DNA of 64,000 nt from contig CAVNZM010000002.1 of assembly GCA_963693365.1 (NCBI GenBank), positions 6,647,943-6,711,942 of the forward strand. Direction: 5' to 3'. Below the pieces are notes generated by a model. It was not told the origin of the DNA. It made no database searches and was given only the letters and a program-made list of their open reading frames with translations. This DNA is from Amoebidium appalachense (taxonomy: Eukaryota > Protista > Ichthyosporea). This document shows positions 25,740 through 39,553 of this stretch, piece by piece (positions within the stretch are counted from its first letter, which is position 1; each line of letters starts with the position of its first letter). The position numbers and the translations under genes were made by a program.

Positions 25740-26090
25740 GTGAAAAGAAAATGTATAGCCGTAAGGGCTGTAGGTGCTCAACACAGAAGATGTGTTTGTA
25801 GCTTGCTGATCTGCTGAAAACTGTCTTGCTTATATACCTAAGCCTACCGACCTGAGCCAATTGAAAATCGATCCAGTGATATGTGAATCTGAATCGAACC
25901 AATCAAAATCGGTCTAGCGATATGTGGAATATGATGTTTTGATTAGCTAATAGGTGCCCGTGTGCGAGCGGCCAATCGCGAACTGCTAAAACACGAAACG
26001 AAGCCTACATGGTTATGTCAATATCGAACACCCATCCTACGTGTTTACCCAGAAAAATATTTATGTCAATAAATTCCACAAATAAAACCT
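25740..26090 (-). repeat. Ngaro repeat A1 (5' terminal, probable promoter; TATATAA on the minus strand at 25836-25830)
   Basis: Direct repeat of 21705-22055 lying upstream of the element ORF remnants. Confidence 0.9.
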
Positions 26091-26403
26091 GTGTGTATAT
26101 GTGTATCTGGTTATATGATCACAAATATATTAATAGTGTGTCTGCCTACTAGGTCCACACATTTGCAGCTGGCTAGTAATGTTGCACATTAGGTGCCTTT
26201 TTTTTTTTCTTTTTTTTTTTTTTGTTTGTTTTTTTGTTTGTTTGTTTGTTTTATTTTGTGTTGCATTCAGAATATTTCTCGAGTTGCAGTGAAGGTGGTT
26301 GCGAGACAAGCTGTAGGGTTAAGCATTCTTCTATGATGGTCACGGTGGTGAACATCACTAAAGGAGGATTAAAACAAATTATTGAGATCTGTGCTATTCT
26401 TGC

Positions 26404-26435
<32 letters not shown>

Positions 26436-26540
26436 ATACACACACACACACACACACACACACAACAACCCACCTCACCCTCCATTTTTCCTGTTTCGTA
26501 CATTTTACCATTGACACACCAAATTCCCAGTTGATGTTGC

Positions 26541-26738
26541 ATGGGGGTTTACGCTGTTTACTCGAGGCAAAGAGAAACCAGTCTCAGGTATGGGGGGGGT
26601 TTTGCTCGGAATATCCCCTCAGCGGTATATCATGATCACGTACATAGATGTCGGGTGGTGACTATATATCAGGGTTTACTTTCTCTACGAGACACCATAA
26701 AGACTACAAGGAGAAATCAAATTAGTTGGGGTTCCCCG

Positions 26739-26769
<31 letters not shown>

Positions 26770-26800
26770 GGGCTCCCCTGGGACACTCGGTATCAGCTGG

Positions 26801-26849
<49 letters not shown>

Positions 26850-26850
26850 T

Positions 26851-26899
<49 letters not shown>

Positions 26900-29095
26900 T
26901 GTGTGTGTGTGCGCGTGCGCTAGAATTTTGTAGTGATGTGTTTCTCAAGCCAATCAATCCATCTAATAAACAGGTCGTAGTTACGCGTGTTTAGTATAAA
27001 ATCAAGGATGTTGTAATTTACAGGTAGGCTATCTTTCTGGGTGTCTGTTGTGAATGTGACGTGTGTGTGTTGCGGTATTATGTGGCCTATCAAACTACAT
27101 TTGGCGATACATGACCGGTTAAACTGGTGTGTGTGTGTGTTGTTTGGGCATGCAAATGATGCCACCTTATACTTATTAGATCTCCACTGTATAGCACGTG
27201 TACAGTAAAAGCGTGGTAATTGGTCAATAATACCATCAGCTAGAGAAAGACCAGTTCTACAGGAAGGTAATATGTATTTAGGTGTTAACATTTGCGAGTG
27301 CCATATTTGGCAATATGGTTGAGGCGGTCAGTATCATATAAAACGAGACATAAGGCTTAGTTTTTCAAGGTGTATGCTTTCATCGGGTCTAGTGTCGTAT
27401 GGTATCTTTTTCCATTTGTTATATTGCGTGATTATCTTGTGATTGTGTACATGTTTAATAAGTAAGTGGCAGTCCAAAGTCACACACACACTATTGCGGG
27501 GTTTATTTGTATTTGTGCCCAGGGGAGAAGGGGAGAGAGAGGGAAGGAAAGAGGGGAGAGGTGAGGAGGGGACAGGTCGGATAGAGAAGAGAGGGTGGGA
27601 GGGCAAATACTTCTTTAAGTGGCTTATGTGCTTATTGAATTTCAGCGCGAGATAGGATACTCTAGCAGCTATTGGGACCAGACCATATATCGAGAGCGTT
27701 ACAGGCCCAGGTTTACAACAGTTGTTAGATAGAAAGGAGGCAACTTCTGCTTCAAGGAAATTTGCCAAGGGTTTAAGCGCTCTAGTTCTCTCTTTCTTGA
27801 TCCAAGCGGCGAGAAGGGGTAAACCATATTCACAAGCCGGGAAGACAGAAGTGCGAATAAATGTAAGCCTAATAGAAGGATGGAGGGGTGTGTCTTTAAA
27901 AATATTAGCCGAGAAGAAAGCTAACCGCTTACGAGCCAACTCTACCCTCTTTTCGACCATATGGGGAAACATAACACCAACAGAATCAACCGGAACACCA
28001 AGATATTTGTATTCTGGAACTATAGGTACAGGTTTAGATGATAATGTAAATGTGTGTAAATTGTTGGCTATATCAGGTACAAGAACACCACATTTGTCTA
28101 TGTTAAGGATCATATATAAGGTTTGCCCTGCACCACTCTGACACTACATCGAACAATCTTTGCAGGCGACTCTAGGGGTACGGGCAAGGAGCCTCAGATC
28201 ATCAGCATAGAGAAGTGCAGGCGGAAAGTTATTAATAGGGTCATCGTTTTCGGCGTAAATCTTGACAGCCAAATCATCTATAAATAGGTTAAACAAAAAG
28301 GGGCTAAGCAATGAACCCTGCAAGAGACCTCTAGTACGAGCAAAACCATATGAAAGATGCCCATTAACCACAGCTCTACCATAGGTTTGAGACAAGAGTG
28401 CTTCTAACAGAACACCAATGCAGTGTGGTACACCCCGTGCAGCAAGCTTTTCCCATAGGAGACCAGGGGAGACAGAATCGTAAGCAGTTTTCCAATCAAT
28501 AAAGCCAACATATTGTGCACCAACTTGCATAGAATCGTGCAGTGCCATTATTTGAACATAACATGAATTGTTTTTACGAAAAGCGGATTGGCATGGGTGT
28601 ATGTGAAGAATAGATTGAAACCTAGGGTGATGTGCAAATAACCTAAGTAAGCAAGCTTCAAAGAATCTACGAACAACCTGGGTTAGTGTAATGGGGCGAA
28701 AGGATGATATGGGGCCCTCAGAGTCCTTCTTAACTATGGGGATCACTAAGGTATCTAACCAAGATGACGGGACATGTCCACATTTAACACCTCAAGAAAA
28801 GAGAGAGCGTAACATGATAGTAAGATCAGGTTTAATAGCACGATCACTTTCCTTTTGTGGGTAGGAGGGAACAAGGATTTTAAGAAACCCAGCAGGGAGT
28901 CCATCAGGTCCACAAGACTTACTAGAGCTATAACTAGATATCACAGACCATATGGTATCGGGACTGAAAAAGGGGAGGATCGATTCTATGGGGATAGATG
29001 GGTTTACAGGCCATACAAAAGGTTTCTGAGCGGGGGTCCTATCTTTAAACAGTTCCGAGAAATACTCATCAGAGTCTATGAGGGGGTCTCCAGTG
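26541..29095 (-). mobile_element. Non-LTR retrotransposon copy 2 (inverted relative to copy 1; RT frameshifted; 5'-truncated)
   Basis: ORF fragments 28792-29095, 28144-28746, 27334-28113 and 26920-27291 reproduce the copy-1 protein almost exactly. Small indels near 28790, 28170, 28115 and 27335 break the frame. The same tail is present at 26541-26919. Confidence 0.93.
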
Positions 29096-29392
29096 AAATA
29101 GAGAAGACTACCCTGAAAAACGTGGAGGCCAGAGTCAGACGCTTTACAGCTAATCCAACCTCCAACAACAGGATATACGTTTAGAGTTTCAGGTACTCTG
29201 GTTTGCACCAGGTACCGGTTGCATGTGCCACGTTTGAATGTTAGTGCACCAATCAGAACGAGGAAGTGGTGCGCCCATAGCCAATCATACGCTGAGCGCG
29301 CAGCAGCCCGTTAGCGCTTGCGAAACGGTGACTCAGAATCCACACGCGCCTTTGCAAGCTTCATTTTTTCCCCTCGGAGGTCACCTCAAAAC

Positions 29393-31697
29393 ATGGCCCC
29401 GCCAGGCATTGCCGTGTCAGTGCCAGTGACACACAGCACGGAGGCCACACAACAGCTCAGGCGTGCACTGTGCTTTATTACACATGCATCGAGAAAGCTC
29501 CTGATACCGCAGGACATAGTGTGCTACACAAAGGTTTTGTTTCATAGGTTCTACACTGTGAACACAGTAGATGCTTTCGAGCCACACCTAGTAGCCACAA
29601 CATGCATTTTTCTTGCTTCAAAAGCTGGAGAAAAACAGCGGCGACTTAGGGATGTGATCAACACCTGCTATAGACACTTGCATCCGGGCAAGTCTTTAAC
29701 AGTCGGCCCCGAGTACTGGACGCTTAAAGACAGTGTGGTAAACTGTGAAATGCTCATACTTCGCGCACTAAATTTCCATCTTGAGTTCGACTCTCCGCAC
29801 AAGTACCTTTTGCAATTCTGTGCGTCCTTGGTTTCCGGCTTGGCAGGGTCTGAACAACATGCAGCACAGACGGCCCAGACAGGATGGGCACTGCTGAACG
29901 ACTGTTTCATGGATGCATACTGTGTAGAGTGTCCTGCTGATAAGGTATGTCTGTCATCCCCCATTCCTTCCCCTCCCCATCCCCCCTCCCCCGTCCCTTC
30001 TACCCTCCTTTACCGTCCCGTCATCCCCCCCTCATAGACCCCCCCCCCCCTCCCCCTCCCCATTCCCCTCTCCCATCCCTCTCTAAGCCCTCCCACTCCC
30101 TCCCTTCCTCCCTCCCCTCCTCCCTTTCTCCCTCCCTCCCTCCTTGCCCGCCACCCTCCCAACCGCCCAGCCGCCCACCTTCCTCCCTTCCTCCCTCCTT
30201 CCCTCCCTCCCTCCCTCCCTCCCCCCCCCCCCTCTTTCCCTCCCTCCGTCCCTGCCTCCCGGGCTCCCTCCCTCCCTCCCTCCCTCCCTCCCTCCCTCCC
30301 TCCCTCCCTCCCTCCCTCCCTCCCTCCCTCCCTCCCTCCCTCCCTCCCTGCCCCTTTCTGTCCTCTTTCCCTCCCCCCTTTTCTCCCTGCCTCCTTCCCT
30401 CCCTCCCTTCCTTTCTCCCTCCCTCCCTCCCTCCCTCCCTCCCTCCGTGCCTTTGTCCGCCCACATGCCCTTCCCTCTTTGCCGGCCACCCTGGCTTTCT
30501 ATCTGCCCAACGTTTGCACTTTCAGACACATCGTTGGAATTTCCCCCCCCCCTCCTCCTCCCCCCTCCATCTCCCCCCCCCCCCCCTACACACACAGGCA
30601 CACCACCACCACCATCACCATCACCACCGCCCTCAATCCCACCCTCCCTCAGCCCAAACACACACAAACAGCACCAAGGTCCACCTTCTACCTCTTTCCC
30701 CTAGATCCGATCCGACGACACACCTAGATTTTTCATAAACACCCATCTCAGCCTGTTTCTTTATTCACTGATATAAACATCCCCTTCTTTGTGTTACGGA
30801 TCAACCTCACTTCTTACTCAACTCCCCTCCCCCCCCCCCATCCCCCCCCCCCCCCTTCTCCCACCCCCTCAAGAGTTCCCACCCTTGCTGACATCTTCCC
30901 TGTGTGGATATGTTGGTCCCTTCTCCCCCCCCCCCCCCCCCCCCCCCCCCGCCTCACCTCCGGGACCCTGCTGAACAGAAAAAAAAATTGTTCTACCCCC
31001 CCCCCCTCCCCTCCCCGCCTCTCATCCCCCTCCCCCCCCTCTCCCCCCCCAACACACATTCCCGCCTCTCCCCGGAAACAAACAAAGGAAAAAGAAATGA
31101 GAAAGTTCACACTTCTATATGCCCGCCCCCCCTCTAAGAACTGGCTCTGTGTATGATGCATATTGTTTTTGTGTTTCGTAACCTGCATTGTGTTGCTAAC
31201 TTGCCCGTTATATAATCCTACTTCGCGCTATTCTGCTGCGCATTCTAGACCCCCCCCCCCCCCCCCCCCCCCAGCCGCACCACCGCCACCACCACCAAAA
31301 AGAAAGAGGGAGAAGAAGGAAAAGGGCCAGCAGAAGGAGGGAAGAAACAAAGAGGAAATAAACAACACGAGCAAGAAATGAGAGCGAAAAGAAAAAGAAG
31401 AAAATCAGGAACCCTCAACTAATGTCCCCATCCCCACCCCCTCCCTCCTCCACTGTCCATCCCCCATTCCCATCTTACCCCTCCGGTCCAATAAGCTGGA
31501 TTGCGACATATAAAAAAAACACCCACCCATGTCATTCACCTCCTTAGTGGTCCCTACCCTAACCCCCTTATCTTGCCGTGCACTCATGAGCCCCCCCCTC
31601 CCCCCCCCCCTCCCCCCCTTGCACCACCCGCTCCTGTCTTCGAAAGAAAATAGCACACATACATACACACCCACACGCACGCAACACACTGCACCCC

Positions 31698-31728
<31 letters not shown>

Positions 31729-31773
31729 ACGTGTGCGTGCACACATGCACGCACGGGCACTCACACATACAGT

Positions 31774-31828
<55 letters not shown>

Positions 31829-31986
31829 CACAGCTGGCTGCCGGTGCGCTCTATCTGTCTCTGCAACTGCACGAGACACACGTAGAGCCCTTCTCCAACG
31901 GCAAGCATTGGTGGGAGGCACTTGGATATACCGAGGACGGGATATGCGGTGTGGCGGACAGGATTCTGGGAATAGTTGAGGGCTGA
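29393..31986 (+). CDS. CCNQ: Cyclin Q (FAM58/cyclin M-like, CDK10-activating cyclin), 2 exons
   Basis: Exons 29393-29944 and 31834-31986. Cyclin box with LFHRFY, PHLVATTCIFLASKAGE, RLRDVIN, YWTLKDSVVNCEMLILRALNF, PHKYLL, then LAAGALYLSL...HWWEA. The W-x-L-x-DS-x-V-x-CE pattern fits cyclin Q better than cyclin K/L. The terminal exon end is less certain. Confidence 0.82.
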
Positions 31987-32700
31987 TTAGATGGTAATTA
32001 GATAGATAGTAATCACATGGCGATTGTATGGTGATTATATGGTGAGTGTAGGATTAGGGAAGGAATGTGATGATACCCGCCCCCATCCTCCCCATCCCCC
32101 CCCCCCCCCCCCCCCCCCCCCCCGTCCTTTTTCTGTTCGGCTGATTGGAGACAGGTGGGGATCTGTACAGAATGTTTGAAAGCCCACAGTAAATTTATAA
32201 AATTATTTTTTGTTTTCTATCACTGCCCCTTGTTGCCATATACCGTGTTTTGACCTCACTCTGACTATGGGTGTAGTAGTTGTAGAGTGTGTGCACGGCC
32301 GACCTATTTCGCTCTTGTTTGTATGCTACCTAATTACATCACATACTATAATAATTCCTGAACATTCAAGTTCTGACCGGTTGTCTTACCGGGCACAATT
32401 CTATGGTGATCCTCATACTCTCTCAATTACGTAACGAAACATGTACAGCGTAAATTTGAAAAATGGCCAACGAGAAATGAGGATGATGTGACTAGATCCG
32501 TGCGAATGACAAGCAAAGTCCACACACTCTTGAATCCGCAACCTTACACCGCCTCCCATTCCTATCTATTTTTGGATCATCCTGCTTTGCAGGAGTCGTA
32601 AATCTTGTATGGCTCCCTAATCCCCCCCCCCCCCCCTCCCCGGGCGCCCCCCCGGCACCCACCGAACATGTCCACACAAACACCGCACAAGCGTGTGTGT

Positions 32701-32736
<36 letters not shown>

Positions 32737-33357
32737 AACGATAAAGGACGCTCATACACACGAAACAACCACACAGCACAATAAACAAAGATTACCCGCA
32801 CACACCACAACAAGCACACACGTCTACACACAGTTGTTTTTCCGTTGGCCGCAAGTTGGCCCCCTTGCGGATGATCCATGTGCTGTAAAGCTGCCTCTTT
32901 ATAATTTCCCATCTGACAAGTTCAGCACCAGTTGCAAAGCCGTTGGAAGGATGCGATTCCGTAACAATCTAGGGTGGCATATATCAGATGCATACATACA
33001 TTTTGACTATGACTATACAAGAGGGAGGGAAATTTCGGAAATCCCCAATTTAAAGTCCTAATCTAAAAATGATACCTTGAGCTAATATACTTACCATCTA
33101 AACTGTTAACTGATTAATTTATATACTCAGCCATGTATGCTCAAGACGAGTTTCACATTCAATCAAATTTATTCACTAAATAATTACAGTAAAGCACTAT
33201 TATGCAGACTAGCAGATTGCAGCACGTAAATTAACTAAGGTATGTACCTGAAGTGGTGCACGCAGTGTATGGAACATGTATGAATGTACGGCGTGCCATA
33301 ACACGCTCGAACGTGTGCCCATGTGTGTGTGTGTGCACGTGTGTGAGTGTATTTGTG

Positions 33358-33397
<40 letters not shown>

Positions 33398-33577
33398 CGC
33401 GCGTGCATGCGTGCATGTGCGTGTGGGCGTGTGTGTGTGCGCGCGCGCGCGTATTTACATGTGTGTGTTTGCACCCGTGCGTGTGCATGTGCATGTGTTT
33501 GATACATGTGTGTGTGGCTTAGATATTAGCAATTGTATCATTAAAAATTTCTTGCGAAGCATTCTCACCCGGCACAC

Positions 33578-35143
33578 CTATATAAACTGAACAAACAAGT
33601 TATACAGTGCCTGTGCCCACGTGTCCGTTACCCCGGGGGAGCAAAAGTGCAAACAGTCCGTCTTGGTTCTGCCCCCGGGCGATGCGCTGGTACCGGGATG
33701 GCCGTCTGGGCGCAAAAGCGAAATTCCGTCAACGTGAAAATACGAAAAATTGCTTGCAAGGGGTGTTTTGGAAAACTCCTGACCCCACAAATGTTCGTAT
33801 TTCTTCACGTCGTCCCAGTGGTAGCTGTCTAACTCGGGTGGGTTGACGTACGGCTGATGGATGGGGCTGGCGTAGTTATCACATTGAACGTGTCCGACCG
33901 GCGAAGTCGTAAATATCACCTTCCCTTTGAAATTCTGCGACAGATATCTAACCACATTAGGCACCATTTCCGCATATCTCCTGAAGCCTTCCTTGCGCCA
34001 GTGGTGCCCGGTACTGAAAACCAAGATGCCGAAATTTTCGGTTAAGTTTTTAGGCCACCCACAGAGGCCCAAGTGCTGATACCGTGCGCTCCTCTGAACG
34101 TTGTGTAGGGGGGGGCAATCTTGCAGTAATCGGAGCAACTTTTGATTAGTGATGTTTCCCAATTCCGCTGGTACATATAGGTTTTTAGGTATAGTGCCAT
34201 TTGCGGTTACCGAAGTGTTTCTCGTAATCATGCTTGCGTTCACAGCGGACCAGCAGAGGTCAATGTGTGCTGGGCTCATAACCTCCAGTTTTTTGTGGTT
34301 CACAAGAATGTACGTTTTTGAATATCGCACCGTTGCGTTCCCACTCACACCGAGAAACGAACCCAGGCCCCCCTGCCCCACGTACCGGTTTTCAACGATA
34401 ATGTCATCAACACGAGCGATAATCCGGACACTTCGCGCCAACTGCCCCATAAGCGAGTCACCGACAAACAAAATTCGCTTTGTGGATAGAATTTTTTGCA
34501 TTTTACTAGGGTTGAAAGGAAGGAGGCTGCATTTCGCTGGCTGCCAAAAATAGTTCAGCGCGTCTGATTTTTGCGCAAAAGTCGCGGCGTTTCCGGTTGC
34601 GAAACACGACGTGTGGTAGAGCAATGCTTCGGTGAATGCCCTCGCAAACTCGGCCGGTGTGGTGATGTTGTTTGAATACCTCCACGGTGGGTTGGTTTCC
34701 TGCCCCGTAATCGCTGCAAATGTTTCGCTGTCGCAGTTTCTAACCCACCTCCCCTTGCTGTAACTGGCACCGCCTGTTGTGTTCTTGGCCCATATCGTGC
34801 ATCCTTGCCGGTCAACCATCAGGCATATGTTTCTTCTGTTTCCCCGTCCATACAGGTATCTGCACGTGGATTTTCCATATTTTTGGTGTGCACTTTCAAA
34901 GTTATGCGCTTGTGGTGAAACTGGTGGTCGTGCAGGTGTGGGGTGAAAGTTTAGAGCAGTACTGTTTAGGAAGATTTCTGCTAGTGTGGGTGTGTGCAGC
35001 ACACCATTGTAATATCCAAAATAGTAGAACAATGGTATGCATACGGCCACAATAGGATAGACTACTGTCCATGTTTTGGATTGATTGGCACAACAATAAC
35101 CGCCTGCTTGCGCTTGTGTGCCTTTCTGGGATGGCATATGCAT
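33578..35143 (-). CDS. Intronless TBL/PC-esterase-family (SGNH) polysaccharide O-acetyltransferase, type II membrane protein, 521 aa
   Basis: N-terminal hydrophobic segment (WTVVYPIVAVCIPLFYYF), GRWV, WQPAKCSLLPFNP, RILFVGDSL (GDS), STGHHW, RPDGHP and DCLHFCSPGVTDTW (DxxH). These are the hallmark trichome-birefringence-like motifs. Confidence 0.9.
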   Translation of the reverse strand: MHMPSQKGTQAQAGGYCCANQSKTWTVVYPIVAVCIPLFYYFGYYNGVLHTPTLAEIFLNSTALNFHPTPARPPVSPQAHNFESAHQKYGKSTCRYLYGRGNRRNICLMVDRQGCTIWAKNTTGGASYSKGRWVRNCDSETFAAITGQETNPPWRYSNNITTPAEFARAFTEALLYHTSCFATGNAATFAQKSDALNYFWQPAKCSLLPFNPSKMQKILSTKRILFVGDSLMGQLARSVRIIARVDDIIVENRYVGQGGLGSFLGVSGNATVRYSKTYILVNHKKLEVMSPAHIDLCWSAVNASMITRNTSVTANGTIPKNLYVPAELGNITNQKLLRLLQDCPPLHNVQRSARYQHLGLCGWPKNLTENFGILVFSTGHHWRKEGFRRYAEMVPNVVRYLSQNFKGKVIFTTSPVGHVQCDNYASPIHQPYVNPPELDSYHWDDVKKYEHLWGQEFSKTPLASNFSYFHVDGISLLRPDGHPGTSASPGGRTKTDCLHFCSPGVTDTWAQALYNLFVQFI

Positions 35144-35195
35144 TTTGTGGGTTTTCTGGCAGGCAGTGCGTTGGGGTGGTGACCATTCTAATTAT

Positions 35196-35232
<37 letters not shown>

Positions 35233-36082
35233 GAAACGGTCAGTAGTCGTGTGTAGTGTCACAAGTTGTGCCTGGGGCCCAGCAAACACAGGAAAGGGAT
35301 ATGACACAAGGGTTAATCAAACGAATCAGTGGTCCATCATCATGGGTGCAAGAGTTGTTTCGGGGTCTGAATTGAATATTCGCGCGTGCCTACATACAAG
35401 TATAGTAGGCCGCCCCACCTTCAGTGTGGACGTCCCCGGCCTGGGCCCGAAGTGCTGATGCTTCCTATTCGTCGAATAAAGGAGATAGACCTAGACCTCG
35501 CCCGTCCGCCCCCGAAACTGAGTGTAAAAACCGTTGTGCACGTGTCTGACCATGACAAACAATATATACAAGCACACACACACACACACAAATACCCACA
35601 CGCAAAAACACACACATGCATACGCCCACGCACGCACGTACACGCACACACACGCGCACACGCACGCACATGCATGCCACACACACTTGCACGCCCGGCA
35701 CGCAGTGAACAGCTGCTCTGCAGAGGCAACTTGAAGTTGATGAATCTTCACCACTCCTAGGAACGGCATAGCTTTGCGGTAACAGTGGCCTTTGTCTTCC
35801 CGCTTTGTACAAATGCAGTGGAATCTTCGTCTTTTTGGTTGCCTAACCCGGAAGAAGACAAATAATAAGAAGTACAAGGGAATCTGCTTACAAACCGGGG
35901 CTGCCGTAAACATGGCAGCACGTGCCACGGTGTTTGCAGGTGACACGTACACATGGTGCCGGCCGCGACGTCGCCGTCACGTCGGAGTCCTCGGACTCGG
36001 CAGTGTGCCAACCAATCGATATCGATTCCATTTTTTTAACCAATGATCGACAGCCACAATTTTTAGGTGAGCCAAACATTGA

Positions 36083-36514
36083 TAGGGTTGGGCTGGGGTT
36101 GGCCAGCTTAACCGTATTGTCCTTTGGCCAATCGTAACGGACAGTTTCTTAATACGAATAAGGTCAGGGTACCCTCGTAACAGCTTTCGTATCAGGTGTG
36201 TAGCATTATGAACGCTTGAATGTGTAATTTTCCCTATTTTTTCAATATTTCTGTTCAAGAACAGCACATTCCCCCCCAAGAACATATCTACAGCACTTCT
36301 CATGTGCAATATCGAGCCCCGATAAGTTTCCAGGGCTTGTAATCTTGCTGTACTCAATTTGTAAAAACACGTATTTTGAGTTTTGCGACTGGAGGGGCGT
36401 TTTAGGCGGGGCTTGCAGCTCCCCAAGAACCCACCCCGTTATGATAAAGAAATTGTCGGTTACGATTGGCCAAAGGGCGATACGGTTAAGCTGGCGAACT
36501 CCAGCCCAACCCTG
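36083..36514. mobile_element. hAT-like MITE (432 bp, ~68-bp imperfect TIRs)
   Basis: 36083-36150 TAGGGTTGGGCTGG...GGCCAATCGTAAC...TTTCTT is the reverse complement of 36447-36514, with about 7 mismatches. Termini are TAGGG/CAGGG. No TSD detectable. Confidence 0.75.
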
Positions 36515-36683
36515 TGCTTTATAGAATACATCGTCCAATAGGATTACAGATAATCTCTCAGGATAGATCGGGATTATGTACTAGCCAATAGGAAGACAGT
36601 TATGGTTCCTAGCGTGTGCGGCCCCAGGCGGTCCCCAAATACGCGGGGGGCGGGATAAGCGGCAGTACCTCAGTGATACGGTG

Positions 36684-36744
<61 letters not shown>

Positions 36745-37157
36745 GGGGGGGGGGGGGGGGGGGGGGATACATGCTAATATTTATTAATTAGACGTGGCAC
36801 TGCTGCACGTACGCGTATACAGATGGTCTACAGTACATGTATATACACATACCATTAATGGCGCCCCCATACTCTACAGAAACTTCTACTCACAAGTACA
36901 TGTAACAGGTGCTAGAATCCGTACAACTGATTATATGACATGAACATGGCATGACACAAAACGTGACACAAAAGACATGATACATCACTTGATAAAACGT
37001 CTAGCTGATTTACGGACACAAACAGTCGGAGATTCACACATACAGAACAGAACATGTACATTGTGGAAATTTTCTCACACACACACACACATGAGGCTCT
37101 AAACCGTGCCCACTCCCCTCTCTCTTTCTCTCTCTTTCTTTCTCTCTCTTTCTCTCC

Positions 37158-37594
<437 letters not shown>

Positions 37595-37739
37595 CAGCTG
37601 CTCCTTCTAGATATCCCCCCCCCCCCCCCCCCCCCCTGCCCCAAGAATTTCCCCCTTCCCTTCCCCTCCCCCTTAGCCCCTCGCCCCCCCCCCCCCCCCC
37701 CCCCCCCCCCAAACCCCCCAACCTCACCCCTGGCACGTA

Positions 37740-38496
37740 CCCTCCGCCCTTTCCCCCACGAACTACTTCCAGGCCCATGTTTGATGGCCGTATGGACCAG
37801 CTAATCTCAGCACGTAGCGCCGGCATCGCGGATTTACACATTGCACGACCGTACCGACATAATGTGGCATCATGGGGCAGCCCATCCCACAAGCACAACA
37901 CAAATATCCCACGATCTGGTGAACTTGAACAAGGATTGCGTATATGGGGCAGAATCGGCCGCTGGGAGCCAAGGCCCTGACTCGGTGGAACAATTGGGGA
38001 ATTTGGCGGTGAGCTGCCGCCAGATGTATCCATTAGATCCACCCCCTGCTGCATGTTTGGTTGCTGGGAAGGTGGGACCGTAGCAGTGCGGCGGCTGCCT
38101 TTGGCTGACGCTGCTGCATTTGACAAGGCTGATAACAAATGCCTCCGTCTCATGTAATGGTCGATTTTGGCTTGAATTTGTTTAACCGTGTGTGCGCGGA
38201 GGATTGAAGCACTATTGCCAACCTCCGCTAGGTTGTGGATAAGTCGCAGCTGGTCGTACGTCTTTAGAACCTCGTCGGCTGTTACCTCGACACCTGCAGT
38301 ATGGTTACAATTACAACGTGTTAGCATGCTGCAGTCACAAGCTGTATGAGAAGAAGATTACATGTCTACGTGTCTACTGCAAGTGGTATACGTAAAAGCG
38401 TGTGTATGCATGTTTGTGTGTGCGCCTCAGTGTGTGAATGCATGGGGAGGAGGGGAGGTGGTGGTGTGTGGTGGTTATGGTGGTGGTGGTGGTGGT

Positions 38497-38527
<31 letters not shown>

Positions 38528-39107
38528 AGGGGGTGAGGGGGGGGAGGGGGCCAGTGGAGAAGAGGGGGGAAGGGGAGAGTGGGGGCTTGGGAGGAGATCC
38601 ACACCATTCCGTATTGCTGCCTCGACAATAACTTGAATGGCCAAAGACTCTGATATGGCCCACTTGCCCGTGCGCAATGGCTCTCCGACTGAAACAAGAA
38701 AATGGGAGCCACGAATCCTTGGTAGCTGCTGGCTACCAGTGGTGCTCGCGTTGCCATTAGTGGGTGCAGAAGCTGCACTGGCCCGATGGCGCTTGCGAGT
38801 GCGGGCTGGGGCCCCCTTGCGTACATGGCGGCCGAAAGGGTTCCTGCAATTATAGCACTTGCACTGGCGGCTACAACCGACACCCTTTACATTGCACGCA
38901 CACCGACCATTTCCCGGGCCTTTGCCGGTGCAGTACGCTGTATCCGTCTTTGATGTTGCACGATTCTTGCCACAGCTGCATGTCATGCCTGTGTATTGCA
39001 CGTGGGTTGAGGTAAGATGAGCCGTAGAATTGTTGGAAAGGGGTGGGGTGCGGAAAAAACGTGTGTATGTGTGTGGGGAGAGGGAGGGGGAGAGGGAGGG
39101 AGGGAGG

Positions 39108-39181
<74 letters not shown>

Positions 39182-39187
39182 AGAGAG

Positions 39188-39258
<71 letters not shown>

Positions 39259-39259
39259 C

Positions 39260-39300
<41 letters not shown>

Positions 39301-39522
39301 GGGAGGGGGGAGAAGAGGGGGAAGGGGGAATCTGGTCAGTCTTCGGATTGCACAATCGGGTTTTATGACGGTTTGGCAAAAATTAATGTAGGGTGAAGGG
39401 GGATCATTGCCGGTGTGGAGCTGAGTCCAAATTTGTACTTACGTGTGTGGTGTCAGATATGGAGGTGGCTTTGCCTTTTATGACACCGGTGGGTTGGGAG
39501 AGAGGGGGGGGGAGGGGGGGGG

Positions 39523-39553
<31 letters not shown>

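Larger units (their letters stand above)
21487..26090 (-). mobile_element. Ngaro/PAT-type tyrosine-recombinase retrotransposon with split direct repeats (A1-ORFs-B1-A2-B2), internally deleted, non-autonomous
   Basis: 351-bp repeat at 25740-26090 (A1) and 21705-22055 (A2). 90-bp repeat at 22054-22143 (B1) and 21487-21576 (B2). YR and RT remnants on the minus strand. No TSD; a CT dinucleotide is shared by both ends and the B1/A2 junction. Confidence 0.9.

Noticed and set aside
32490-33061. Small two-exon gene between cyclin Q and the TBL gene
   Set aside because: Candidate exons give no consistent frame or recognisable homology on either strand.
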